Assembly (NCBI RefSeq): GCF_006345805.1
Contig: NC_043000.1
Coordinates: 120,032,001 to 120,096,000 of the forward strand
Reading direction: 5' to 3'
Length of the DNA stretch: 64,000 nucleotides
Source: Octopus sinensis
Lineage: Eukaryota
The notes beneath the pieces were generated by a model. The model ran no database searches. It saw only the letters and a program-made list of their open reading frames with translations, and was not told where the DNA came from. The position numbers and the translations under genes are program-made. This document shows positions 50,880 through 64,000 of this stretch, piece after piece. The number at the start of each line of letters is the position of its first letter. Positions within the stretch are counted from its first letter, which is position 1.

Positions 50880-51150
50880 GTGCACCTTCGTTTTTGGGAT
50901 CACTATTACTTTGTTATTTCCCCTACTTCTTCGCTCTCCTGTGTGACCTTTCTGACCGGCAGTCGCCATGATAGATCGATAGCCACTACACACATTTTGT
51001 TTCTCTCCTTGTTTCTTTCTGTGTTCCTCTCTGTGGAAGAGCGTAGGCTCGAAGCGTAAAGGACTTTTTCAATTCCCGAGCGTTATACTAATACATCTGT
51101 TTGTTTTCCACACCACCCGTCTTCGTCTTGTGTTTTTTTGTGAATTCTCC
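50880..51150 (+). mobile_element. Penelope-like-derived repeat with hammerhead-like motif (second copy 52553-52823)
   Basis: CCTCT-CTGTGGA-A-GAGC-GTAG-GCTC-GAAGC-GTA-AAGG at 51026-51062; homologous to the minus-strand repeat at 31965-32300. Confidence 0.55.
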
Positions 51151-51157
51151 CTATATA

Positions 51158-51190
<33 letters not shown>

Positions 51191-52824
51191 CATACATACA
51201 CATACACACACACACATTGTGCATTGTATTTGATTTCCATCGAATAATATTTTCTTAATCAGTTTAATGTTCTTCTGTGATGACACATCTCAATTACATT
51301 TTTTTGAGAGGAACCTGATGGAGTGATTTTGAGCTTGCATAGTTATTTGGGGTTATTTTGAGGTTCCTTTGTGTATTTTGAAGGCTATCTTATACTTGAT
51401 GGCAGTATTGCTGCTTATCCATCTTCAAGATCAGTGATTCTCACCCAGAGGTCCATATAGCCCCTGAGGGTCCATATAAGATTTTCAGGGGTCAACATAA
51501 TAAAATAGTAAATTGGAGTCTCACAATAATATTTTAAGGGCCCCTGAAAGAATTTTGCTTTAGATGTATGTATTCGTATGTATTACAAGAAACAGATTTC
51601 TCTCTCTTTCTAACATTTTACATGTGGAGGCACATGGCCTAGTGGTTAGAGCAGCGGTCGAGGGATCATTGGTTCGAATCTCAGACTGGGCAATGTGTGT
51701 GTTTATGAGCGAAACACCTAATCTTCACGCGGCTCCGGCAGAAGTTAATGGCGAACTTCTGCTGACTCTTTCACCTCAACTTTCTCTCACTCTTTCCTCC
51801 TGCATCTAGCAGCTCACCTGCGACGGACCAGCATCCCATCCAGGTGAGGAACCTATACGCCAAGGAAACTGGGAACCTGCCCTATGAGCCAGGCGTCACT
51901 CGAGAAGGAACAAACATCATTTTGCATAGTTCAACATACACAATTTAATGTGTGAAAAACTAAACAGGAATTTTGAAAGAAGTTTCTATAAAACCAGTTT
52001 TTAAACATTGAGTGGCTATGGAGCTCCACAAGAATGAAATAGTAATCAAAGGGTCCTTAGATAAAAAATGGTTGAGAACCCTTGTTTTGGACAAACCTTT
52101 AACCAAAGGTGTTTCCTTGCCCTTTTTACAAATCCTCAAGGTTTATATTATTCTATGTATCATATGTTTAACCCTTTTGCTACTGTTTTTATTTTGAGAT
52201 GCTCTGTGGTTCTTTCAATTATTTTAAATATAATAAAGAATTTAGTAAAATAACTTAGTTATCATTAAGCTAGTGTCAGGAACATAAATTGAGACTAAGA
52301 TTTGGTGGAAGAATTTAATTCAAAACTTATTTAGGTGCAGGAGTGGTGTGTGGTAAGTAGCTTGCTTACCAACCACATGGTTCTGGGTTCAGTCCCACTG
52401 CGTAGCATCTTGGGCAAGTGTCTTCTACTATAGCCTCAGGCTGACCAAAGCATTGTGAGTGGATTTGGTAGATGGAAACTGAAAGAAACCTGTCATATAT
52501 ATATGTATATATATATACACACACACACATATATGTGTATATATACACACACGTGCACCTTCGTTTTTGGGATCACTATTACTTTGTTATTTCCCCTACT
52601 TCTTCGCTCTCCTGTGTGACCTTTCTGACCGGCAGTCGCCATGATAGATCGATAGCCACTACACACATTTTGTTTCTCTCCTTGTTTCTTTCTGTGTTCC
52701 TCTCTGTGGAAGAGCGTAGGCTCGAAGCGTAAAGGACTTTTTCAATTCCCGAGCGTTATACTAATACATCTGTTTGTTTTCCACACCACCCGTCTTCGTC
52801 TTGTGTTTTTTTGTGAATTCTCCC

Positions 52825-52855
<31 letters not shown>

Positions 52856-55800
52856 GTTTGTGTGTGTCCCCAACATTGCTTGTGTTTATGTCCCGTAACT
52901 TAGCGGTTCAGCAAAAGAGACTGATAGAATAAGTACTAGGCTTACAAAGAATAAGTCTTTGGGGTCGATTTGCTCGACTAAAAGGCAGTGCTCCAGCATG
53001 GCTGCAGTCAAATGACCGAAACGAGTAAAAGAGTGTAATCCTCCAGATGATGAGCCATATCTTATGTGGCCCACTTCTTGAAAATGGATACCCCTGCCTG
53101 GTGTAGATGCCCTTCCTTTCACTTGACTTGATAATGTTAACACTGGTGTTCAATTTGAACTTTTGCCTGTTTGGAAATTGCAAGCAAATAGTTTTAGAAG
53201 AAATTCAGTGAAATAATTATAGCTGCAGAGTGAAGATGATATTAAAACAAGGTGATTGCTTTCGTTGCTAGGCTACAGGTTGGAGTGATAAAGGGGGTGG
53301 TGGTGTTGTGATGTTGATGGAAGGGTCAGAGACTAGTTATTGCATATCAGTAGTAAAGTAGAAGATGGCTGTGGAATTGTTGCTAAGATTTGCCAATCAT
53401 TTGGTTTTTCCCTTATATAGATGTAGTCTAAGAATATCTAAAAATGATTTGTTTTGCATGTGTAATTTCAAAATGTACCTTGCGTCAAGTTAACAGCTGT
53501 TCAGTGTTGAAGAATTTTCTTTCTTTCTTTGGAAATGAAAAGTTAAATACAATTTAGATTAATGCATAAACGAGATAAATGGTTACAAAAGTCTTTGAGC
53601 AATGCAGGTGAGGAGTTAGACAGAATATTTTAATTGATGTCAATGAATGAAAACAAGAAGAGAAAATATGCTTTATTACTTTACATTTGGGTGTAAAAAA
53701 TTCTTCTTTTCAAAGAGAAGAAAGAAAATAAAATTAATTTTTTGGTTTGTATTTGATAAGGGGAACTTTTTCCCGAAATATTGTAGGATTATTAAACAAA
53801 CTTGCTTTCTACTTTTGCTTCACTCATTAATATCACCTTAGATATTTTGTATTATTCAAAAGTTTTTACAAGTGTTTGTCTCATTTACATATATTACAAT
53901 ACTTCAAGAGAATTACAATACTCTTTAAGGTAATTATTATATATTGGCATTTTTAGACTAGTGTCTTCATCTTGGTTGTAGTCACAACATTTAGGCCATT
54001 GTTCTCTTCAATGTTCTTCAGCTGCTTGCTGTATTCATTAATGTTCTTGAAATTGTTAAATGATCTCCACAGGTGTACATTCCTCTCATTATGTTGTCTT
54101 TACTGGAGATATTTCTCTGTTATTTATTTGTTTATATGTGATATTTTTTCATTCATTCGATTTGAACAAGAAAAAAATATAGCTTGACAGCCTCAGAGAA
54201 AGAACTTCTGTTTACTAGCGGTTAACTCCTGTTTTTCTGAGTACATCACTGAATATGATGTGCACATGAAGAAGGCATGAGGGTACAATGATCAAAATGT
54301 GATTACAATATCCAGAATGAGGAAACTAGTCTCAATATGACATTGTGTGATTGTTGTAAATGAGCATCACCTCCATACAAGTGATGTTTGTTTCCAGTCT
54401 TCTCCATACCCAGACATGGAAAACATATCTGAGTTTGAGGAAATATTGTGTTGCTTGAAAACAGTGAGGGTTGGTGACAGGAAGGGCATCTGGCAGTAGA
54501 AAATCTGACTCATGCAAGCAGAGGGAAGTGGATGTTAAATGATGATGATGGTGATGATGATGATAAGATATCTATGGAAATAGACAAACAATAACAGGCA
54601 TAAGGAATGTATTTATGAAAAATTGCATATAAAATTTACATGATGTAATAAAGCTTTTTTCTTTACAGCTGTTTCGAATCATCAATGAATAGTTGATATA
54701 ATAATGTATATTTGGCAGGTGCAATAATGAAGCAATATTGTATTTATACATAAAAGCAAAGCAGAATATTAACTAGCATAGATTTTGGTGGCCCCAAACA
54801 AGATAATCACAATCTTCGCTTTAGAAGGTGACGGACTATGGGAGAGAGTGTTTATAAACATATATATATTGGGGTAAATAAATTTGATAGACAGGAATAG
54901 GAGAGAGGTAGTAATGAAGGGGAGGGGTGGACAAAAAATGCAAAGAGGATGGTGGGTGCATTACTGAGGTTAAGGGAAGTATGGTGAGGAGTGAGTGACC
55001 AAGGGAATGGTGGAAAGAGAGAAGAGTTTGTTGAGAATGGTAGTAAATAAGAGAGGGTGTCAATGCTGAGACATGACAGTCTTAAGGTGTAGCACAGAAG
55101 AGAGAACAGAGAGATAACTAGAAAGAGGAGAATGTGGGTTGGATTTTAGAAGGAAGTGGTTCCAAGGAAAAAGGAAGGTAACTGGTAAAGCACAAAGCAG
55201 GGATATGAAATCTCCCTGCTTTGTCTCAAGGTAAGAAAGGCAAAATGTCAGAGTGTTGGATGCTCTCTGACACATTTGTGGTTGTGTTTGTGGCATTGAA
55301 GACCTCCAGTGTTCTTGGTCCCCAAACTACACATCCCTGCTCACTGCTGTTTGGGCAGGTGTGGCTATCTGCAAGTGTGAGCCCTGTGAGTCAGCATGTC
55401 TGCTTTGCCATCCTCCAGGGCAAAACCTTTTTCATTTTGTCTTTTGGGACCACAGAAGCATGCTGTTCACAGAAGTGTGCTGAATTTCACAGAAGCAAGG
55501 CGGTGAGCTGGTAGAAACATTAGCCTGCCGGGCGAAATACTTAGTGGTATTTCATCTGCTGTTACGTTCTGAGTTCAAATTCCACCAAGGCCGACTTTGC
55601 CTTTCATCATTTCAGGGTTGATAAATTAAGTACCAATTACACACCAGGGTCGTTATAATAGACTTAATCCCTTTGTCTATCCTTGTTTAGCCCCTTGTGG
55701 GCAATAAAGAAATAAGAAGCATGCTGTTCTTTTGTTTCAGCCATCGCAAAAATAAAGGAAGAGGGAAGATGCACTGAAGAACAAAGATGCATCATGTGGC

Positions 55801-57023
55801 AGTACATCTTCACTTGATGACACTCTTTGGCAGAATGATGCCTGAGGATCACATCAAGTGGCTTCTAGTGTTAGAAGCTTGAACTATAATGGGCTTGTCC
55901 CACAGAGAACATTTCTGGTTACTTTTGGGTTACTTCACGTAATGTGTCTTTCACTTTGAAAGAGTTTTTGTTACCAAGAGCAACAAGACAAAATTTTGTT
56001 GTGATTCCTTCCAGTTTTTTGAGGATCAAGTATGGCAGTGTCATAGAGTGCTAATTTTCTGTGACGTATGACTTTGAAATCCTTTTGGGATTCATCACTG
56101 TTTCTGTGTGAATGCCCATTAGGGGAAGTTCCACTCTTAGTGTATGTTTTATATACAAAAAGCATTCCTCTTTGGAATTAAGCATAGGCAAATACTAGCA
56201 GATGTTTCAAACAACTTCAGATATATTGATAGGAAACTTTGATTCTATGGACAATAGGTGCATTATTGAATATGCTAATATCTTCCTAACCTTGAAAATA
56301 TTCTGTGAAACAGCAAAGAAAGTTTTCAAACTGCACCAAATGTACGTGAGCATGAAATTCATTTAAGCGAAATGTGTTTACTTTGAAACTGCTGTTCAAA
56401 CTTGGAAATTCTCTAATATGTCCTTACTTTATTTTTTTTTTTCTCTTTGATCGTGGTGTTATGGCTTGATTTGCAGGAAATTTGCCTGCTATTTCTAGCA
56501 GATTGTGCAGCCATGTAGAAGCTCCCCCATATTCAATATTCATTCACTGATGTTGTTGTTGCCGCTACTGCTGTAGGTCTATGGTTAAAGGTTAAAAGCA
56601 TTCAAAGTGTGGCCGTCCAGTTTTCTTTTCTTGTTTTTTTTTCTTTTTTTCTTGTTGTTTCAAGCATGATATATCTCACAGCATTCTTTAATGTGTCCTT
56701 TTTAAGACAGTTGGGTGTGGGTTTGGCCAAGGTTTGACTATGGTTCCTAACACACTGAGTGACTTCATAGAAGCCCTCTCATTGGCTGGCTATTCATCAT
56801 CATCCTTTAACATCCACTTTCCATGTTGGCATCGCTTAGACAGTTTGACTGGAATTGGTAAGCTGGAGAGCTGCACCAGGTTCCTGTCCAATTTGGCATG
56901 GCTTCTACCGAGTGAGACCGAACCTGAAACCATGTGGTTTGGAAGCAAACTTCTTATGAAGCCAGCCATGCCTGTTGTTGTTAAATACATTCACAGCAAT
57001 GATTATATATATATATATATATA

Positions 57024-57198
57024 TATATTGGCAGGGCAAGACTGCTAGGTAGTTGGCCGTATGCTAGAAATAGATCATCAACGATCAAACTACAATTCGC
57101 TAAATTTTTCCTCTAGAGAACTTTCTTTGTAGTTTGATCGTTGATGATCTATTTCTAGCATATGGCCGACTACCTAGCAGTCTTGCCCTGCCAATATA
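57024..57198. repeat. Foldback hairpin: 72-bp inverted arms, 31-nt spacer
   Basis: Arms 57024-57095 and 57127-57198 are complementary apart from two positions that would be G-U pairs in a + strand transcript. Confidence 0.93.
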
Positions 57199-57299
57199 CA
57201 CATATATTAGAATTTTCTCTGATTTCTCAGATTTTTTGTATGCTAGACTACTGGTTTTAAATTGATATTAAAATCAATATTAATTTATCTCCCTCATTA

Positions 57300-57342
<43 letters not shown>

Positions 57343-58034
57343 CAGGCCTATTCACCATTCTATTATAGTAGAAGACACTTGTCCAAGGTGCCACACAGTG
57401 GGACTGAACCCGGAACCATGTGGTTGGTAAGCAAGCTACTTACCACAGAGCCACTCCTATGTCTATGATTATTCGATTAATTCTTGCTGTTGTTATTGTG
57501 ATGTTTGACTGACTCAGGAATATTGAAAGACTAGAAAATGCTGTTCATATTTTTGTAGTAATTCCTTGTTGTTCCTCATAACTTTGTTCACCAGAGTGAA
57601 CTCAACAATCCAACAGATCATATGATTATTGTACTTTAAAGCCAAGCAACACAATAAACACACACACACACACACATGCAAATACAAAAATATATACGTA
57701 TATCAACAAGCAATCAAACAAATCTACCAACAACAGCAACAACAAAAATTTTATTAATGTTATTGCAACAATAACAAAAATATTAAAAGCGACAACAAAT
57801 GCGGAAGAGTAGCATTTGTCATGGGATTGGCTCAGATCTCATTGTAATTTGTCTGTAAAACTGTGAGATATTTAGAGCCATTAGCTTCTTGTAAGATGCC
57901 TGTCACATTTGCTTAGGCCTCTCTTTCATACATTCACTCACATTCTCTCTCATACATGGGCGCACACATACATACATGTTTCATGTGAGTGTGTGCGTGC
58001 GCATTTGTACGTATGTATGTGTGGTTGATTGTAT

Positions 58035-58943
58035 ACTCTTTTACTTGTTTCAGTTATTTGACTGTGGCCATGCTGGAGCACCGCCTTTTAGTCGAGCAAA
58101 TTGACCCCAGGACTTATTCTCTGTAAGCCTAGTACTTATTCTATCAGACTCTTTTGCCGAACCACTAAGTTACGGGGACGTAAACACACCAGCATTGGTT
58201 GTCAAGCGATGTTGGGGAGACAAACACACACACCAACATACACACACATATACATATATAGGACAGGCTTCTTTCAGTTTCCGTCTACCAAATCCACTCA
58301 CAAGGCTTTGGTCGGCCTGAAGCTATAGCAGAAAACACTTGCCCAAGGTGCCACGCAATGGGACTGAACTGGAAACCATGTGGTTGGTAAGCAAGCTACT
58401 TACCACACAGCCACTCCTGCACCTATGTATGTGAGTTTTCATTTGTATGTATGCATGTGTGTGCTCACTCATATGTGTGTTCATTTGTAGGTGTGTGTTC
58501 AATTGTATGTGTGTGTGTGCTTGTATGCATGTATGTTCATAGGCATAGGAGTGGCTGTGTGGTAAGTAGCTTGCTTGCCAATAACATGGTTCTGGGTTCA
58601 GTTCCACTGCGTGGCACCCTGGGCAAGTGTCTTCTACTATAGCCTTGGGCCGACCAAAGCCTTGTGAGTGGATTTGGTAGACGGAAACTGAAAGAAGCCC
58701 ATTGTATATATGTATGTATGTGTATGTGTGTGTGTATCTGCTTGTGTGTCTGTGTTTGTCCCGCCAACATCGCTTGACAACCAACGCTGGTGTGTTTATG
58801 TCCCCGTAACTTAGCGGTTCGGCAAAAGAGACCGATAGAATAAGTACTAGGCTTACAAAGAATAAGTCCTGGTGTCAATTTGCTTGACTAAAGGTGATGC
58901 TCCAGCATGGCCACAGTCAAATAACTGAAACAAGTAAAAGAGT
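58035..58943. mobile_element. Head-to-head inverted pair of the major SINE
   Basis: Minus copy 58035-58423 and plus copy 58542-58943, separated by about 118 bp of TG-rich spacer. Confidence 0.88.
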
Positions 58944-59084
58944 ATGCTCACTCGTATGTAATGTATCTGCTGATTTGTATGTCTGTGTGGTCATTTGTAT
59001 ATATGTGTGTGCTTGTATGTGTGTAAATGCTTACTCGTATGTATAAATGTGTGTGCTTATATGTATGTGTTTGCATTTGTTTGT

Positions 59085-59650
59085 ACGTGTGTATATATGT
59101 GTCTTTTTCTTGTATGTATATATGTGTCTTTTTCTCATATGTATATATGTGTCTTTTTCTCATATGTATATATATGTCTTTTTCCCATAAGTATATATGT
59201 GTCTTTTTCTCGTATGTATATATGTGTCTTTTTCTCATATGTATATATGTGTCTTTCTCGTATGTATATATGTGTCTTTTTCTTGCATGTATATATGTCT
59301 CTTTTTCTCATATGTATATATGTGTCTTTTTCTCATATATATATATATGTCTTTTTCCCATATGTATATATGTGTCTTTCTCGTATGTATATATGTGTCT
59401 TTTTCTCATGTATATATATATGTCTTTTTCCCGTATGTATATAAGTGTCTTTTTCTCATATGTATATGTCTTTTTCTCGTATGTATATATGTGTCTTTCT
59501 CGTATGTATATATGTGTCTTTTTCTCATGTATATATATATGTCTTTTTCCCGTATGTATATAAGTGTCTTTTTCTCATATGTATATGTCTTTTTCTCGTA
59601 TGTATATATGTGTCGTTTTCTCGTATGTATATATGTGTCTTTTTCTCTCT
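59085..59650. repeat. Minisatellite of about 25-27 bp (TATGTATATATGTGTCTTTTTCTC[AG])
   Basis: About 20 tandem units; explains the F/S/Y/V/C-rich ORFs. Confidence 0.88.
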
Positions 59651-60865
59651 ATACATACATGTGCATATCTCATGGATACATAATACATCCTTTGGTAGAG
59701 CAATTGTGTAAAGACCGGAATGCATGAGTGTGGGCGAATGTTAAACAAGCTGTCTTTATCTAATACAAAACAGTTTAGTCTTAGGTTAACGTCAACCAAT
59801 TTAATTATAAATATTCAAACATGTATTCTCACAAAGAAGTGTGCACACATATGCAACATGCTTCTTGGCAAAACAAAATATATTCTGTTGGATTCCTTGT
59901 TTTTGATAAAACATATGGACTTGCACACTTTGTGTTTTGAATTCTTTATTCAAAGTGGCAGCATTTCCTTCGATACCTTTGCTGTCCAGGATGATAATTA
60001 ATTTTCAAATTCTTAAAAATGTTGCTTTCTGTCTTTGTAGGCCTAAGCATGGCTGTGTGGTTAAGAGGCTTATCTAACAGTTGTATAGTTTCTGGTTCAT
60101 TCCCAGTGTGGTCCTTTGGGCAAATACCTTCTATTTTATCTCTGAGCTGGCAAGAGCCCTCTGAGTGGATTTGGTAGATGGTTGGTGTTAGGAAGGGCAT
60201 CCAGCTGTAAAACGGTACCAAAACAGACACAGAAGTCTGGTGCAGGCTCCTACCTGGCCAGTTCCTTTGAAACCCTCCAACCCATTTCAGCATGGAAGGT
60301 GAAGTTAAATGATGTTGAATGATGATGATGATGATAGGAAAGGCAACCCGGTGTAGTAACCAAGCCAAAGTAGACACTAGAGCTGGGCACAGTCCTCTGG
60401 CTCACCAGCCCCTGTCAAACATCCAACCTACATCAGCGTGCAAAATGGGTGTTACATGATAATGGTGAATGTAGTGGCGGCGGTGGCATCTGTTTGTTTG
60501 TGTGTTGTGTGTGTGTGTCTGTGTGTGTGCATGTATGAATGATTTTGTATTTGTCTCTTCCACATGTGTTTTTCCTTGGTGGCTGTAAACAATGGTTTCA
60601 CTAACCGTGTCATATTGCTTGCAGTCCTCCACAAAAAACATATCGAAACTTCTAGACATGTCCTCACTTATTACACATTCTTTGGAAACATAAGGATTGC
60701 CCATGTTTCTCCATAAAAATGTCTGAACTGTTTCGTTGTTTGATAGACTGGGAAATTATTATCTCAGTTAAACAGATGGAATTTGGCCACAAGAAAGGTA
60801 CATGGCTGTAGAAAACTGCTCCAACATAGGTTAAGATAAAAAAAAAACTCCTTTCTGAATCATAT

Positions 60866-61268
60866 GGCGCAGGAGTGACTGTGTGGTAAGTAGCTTGCTT
60901 ACCAACCACATGGTTTCCAGTTCAGTCCTACTGCATGGCATCTTGGGCAAGTGTCTTCTGCTATAGCCCCGGGCCGACCAATGCTTTGTGAGTGGTTTTG
61001 GTAGACGGAAACTGAAAGAAGCCTGTCGTATATATGTATATGTATATACATGTATGTGTGTGTATATATTTGTGTGTCTGTGTTTGTCCCCCTAGCATTG
61101 CTTGACAACCGATGCTGGTGTGTTTACGTCCCCGTCACTTAGCGGTTCTGCAAAAGAGACCGATAGAATAAGTACTGGGCTTACAAAGAATAAGTCCCCG
61201 GGGGCAATTTGCTCTACTAAAGGCATGGCCGCAGTCAAATGACTGAAACAAGTAAAAGAGTAAAGAGT
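60866..61268 (+). mobile_element. Major tRNA-derived SINE, full length, young-looking
   Basis: Complete GGCGCAGGAG head to AAGAGTAAAGAG tail; another plus-strand copy at 61453-61845. Confidence 0.88.
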
Positions 61269-63192
61269 ATATGGCTTCCCAAAGTTTCAAGTGCACACCA
61301 GTGGCCTCATTGTTGTACCTTACTTTGTTAATGAGCAAAACTATGTAGAGCCTATATCAGCAATCTCAGAAGGATTGCTGTATAAGGGACGCCACCCCTT
61401 AAGCGTGAAAAAACTGAAACTGTGGATGAAGCAGAACTGAATATTGTCAACTGTGCAGGAGTGGCTGTGTAGTAAGTAGCCTGCTTACCAACCACACGGT
61501 TCCGGGTTCAGTCCCACTGCGTGGCACCTTGGGTAAGTGTCTTCTACTATAGCCTTGGGCTGACCAAAGCCTTGTGAGTGGATTTGGTAGACGGAAACTG
61601 AAAGAAGCCTGTCGTATATATGTATATAAATGTGTGTGTGTGTTTCTGTGTCTGTGTTTGTCCCCCCAACATCGCTTGACAACCAATGCTAGTATGTTTA
61701 TGTCCCCGTTACTTAGCGGTTCGGCAAAAGAGACAGATAGAATAAGTACTAGGCTTACAAAGAATAAGTCCTGGGGTCGATTTGCTCGACTAAAAGGCGG
61801 TGCTCCAGCATGGCCACAGTCAAATGACTGAAACAAGTAAAAAAGAAAAAAAAAAAAGAGCTCAGAAGGCATGGCAGTAAGATGTGTGGAGCATCTAAGG
61901 CAGTCTCTTGAAGGAATACAGACTTGTGGCCAGCCTCTGCGGAATGGATTAGGAATGCACCACATAATTGTACGCAAGTAGATAACGGAACTTAGACTAC
62001 CTGTTAGGAGATCCTTGATATTCAGCCAGGTTAGGGCAGGTGACACGAAAGAATAGTCAGACAGACAACCAAAATGAAACACCACATCACTCTAATGATA
62101 TTGGCTGATTTGCCAGGAAGTCAACTACAACATGAAGAATAATTGTACAGTCTCTCTCTCTCTGTTTCTGTCTGTATGTCAGTCTATAATACATACCTCT
62201 ATTCCTATTTATACTGCATCAGGGTAGAAATAAATTAATGATATATTCAAGGTTAACTTTCCACTTAGTATTGAATCTTTGAATTGGTGACTTGAATTAA
62301 AAAAAAAAAAATAATAAAATAAAATAAAATAGATAAATAAATTTTTTTCCTCCTCTTCTTCACATTTTAGTCTTTTATTTTCTGTAATTTCCTGGTGTGT
62401 CATTATTTCTTGTTAATCACTATGATCTAGCAGGAAATTCTGGAATGTTCCTTGCTTCCTGTTGCCTTGTTTTTCATTTATTTATTTTTTTTTCTAGTTT
62501 TATTATTGTCTCTATTATTACTGCCTTGGTCATCTTCTCTTTACCAACTAGAGACATGTGGTGCTATTTCCATTGTTTCTCTTCCCCTCCTTCCTCTCTT
62601 TTCCCTCTTCCCCCCCTCTCTCTATGCTGTTATGTTAATATATCTGTTTATTCATCTGTCTTTGTCAGCTCAGAGATAACGGAATGTATGTATCATTCAT
62701 GGCAACATTGCAATGACAGACCCAAATTGCTTCTACCTACTGACAGATTAACCATTTCACCTTTACCGCATCATGGCTATGTGGTTAAGAAGCTTGATTG
62801 GCAACCACATGGTTTTAGGTTCAGTCATACTATGCGGCACCTTGGCCCAGGGCAAGCTTTGTGAGTAAATTTGGTGAAGGTAAAAAAATCTGGTATCTCA
62901 TTATAAAAATTTTGGTTTGTGTATACACACAAACACACACACATATCAATTCTGTGTGACACACAAGAATGGAAAAGTGGACATTAAACACACACAAACC
63001 ATCATCATCATCATCATCATCTCCTCCTCCTCTTCCTTCTTCTTCTTCTCCTCCGCCAAGTACCTTTCACTTTTATTGTTTATTGGAAGTGAAAGATATT
63101 TGCATGGTGATACTGAGGCCCATGTATAAATATCATGCAGTGTCAAGGCAATCAGGTACAATTCACCCCACTGTAAATATATATATGTATGT

Positions 63193-63236
<44 letters not shown>

Positions 63237-63440
63237 AGTGTGTATGTATATATATATATATGTGTATGTATATGTATATATGTGTGTGTGTGTATATATA
63301 TATGTGTGTGTGTGTGTGTGTATATATATGTATATATATATGTATATATATGTATATATATGTATATATATATGTATATGTATGTATATGTATATATATG
63401 TATATATATATGTATATTTATGTGTATATGTATATATATA

Positions 63441-63478
<38 letters not shown>

Positions 63479-63480
63479 GA

Positions 63481-63695
63481 TGAGGGGGTGCTGTAAAGTC
63501 CCTGGTTTAGGGTAAAAAAAAAATACAGGCGGATCAGTTAATTATGATTTTATTCAGCATATTCCCCTCTCAGATTCACTTAATTATTGCAGGGATCCTT
63601 CAATTTTTCTGTACCCTATAAAAGAACTCAGAAAGTTGAATCTCTAACAAGGCCTTTTGCGAAACCCTTAAAGCTAGGAATTCTTCAACACCCAC
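63481..63695. mobile_element. Mariner-type MITE
   Basis: Imperfect TIRs GAGGGGGTGCTGTAAAGTCCCTGGTTTA / TAAAGCTAGGAATTCTTCAACACCCAC next to (TA)n. Confidence 0.6.
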
Positions 63696-64000
63696 TTTCT
63701 TATATATATATGTGTGTGTGTATTAATATAGCAGCATCAGTGCCAAGCAGTGATGTAGAATAAATATGTCTGTGACATATTTCAATTTCTCAAGGCAAAT
63801 TCATTGCAGTTGGTGTGAAGAAAAAAAATCGTCTCCTATGGTTAAATATGTAAAAACACCTTACACCTTTTACCATAAGAGAGAATTTTTTTCTCAGTGG
63901 TAATTGCAGTGAATTTGCCTTGGGAAGTTTGAATATATCACAAATAAAGGCACTGGGGTCGATTCATTCGACTAAGAATTCTTCACATTAGTGCTCCAGC

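Larger units (their letters stand above)
49500..52833. repeat. Near-identical tandem duplication, unit about 1674 bp
   Basis: Track ORFs are identical with offsets 1675, 1674 and 1673; junctions lie in (TA)n; the two offset changes map to single-base differences (GGGAAACC vs GGGAACC; GTGGGTG vs GTGGTG). Confidence 0.95.

Noticed and set aside
53040-53160. Minus-strand frame QKFKLNTSVNIIKSSERKGIYTRQ
   Set aside because: Unrecognised peptide, weak splice signals, and the ORF runs into a SINE.
55971-56165. LALYDTA resembling the Rho GTPase switch motif LALWDTAGQ
   Set aside because: No GQ and no splice donor after the motif; no other GTPase boxes.
62670-62720. CTCAG|AGATAACGGAATGTATGTA resembling the PNPT1 S1 exon start (RDTGVMV)
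   Set aside because: In-frame stop after DNGMYVSFMATLQ and no donor at the expected distance.

Overview
AT-rich, repeat-saturated eukaryotic DNA with many (TA)n/(CA)n/(AAT)n/(CAT)n microsatellites, tRNA-headed SINEs, LINE and mariner relics. The repeat families look like a coleoid cephalopod, probably Octopus (inferred from pattern recognition, not a database hit). The only host gene I can support is PNPT1 (mitochondrial PNPase) on the + strand: two GT-AG exons (2077-2160, 9133-9239) encode the KH domain. I found no S1-domain exons by eye in the remaining ~55 kb, so most of the window is probably intronic. Nearly all ORFs in the supplied track are microsatellite or repeat artefacts. The most unusual element is a palindromic, apparently retroposed repeat (47042-47747; second copy 33472-33923; fragment 3601-3662). 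It has back-to-back tRNA-like Pol III heads at its centre and a minimal type I hammerhead ribozyme motif in each arm, only one of which looks cleavage-competent. A 12-bp target-site duplication flanks the copy inside an R4/Dong-like LINE. Also notable: two near-perfect foldback hairpins with a shared motif register, further hammerhead-like relics, a 107-bp higher-order minisatellite, a 1.67-kb near-identical tandem duplication and an inverted SINE pair.
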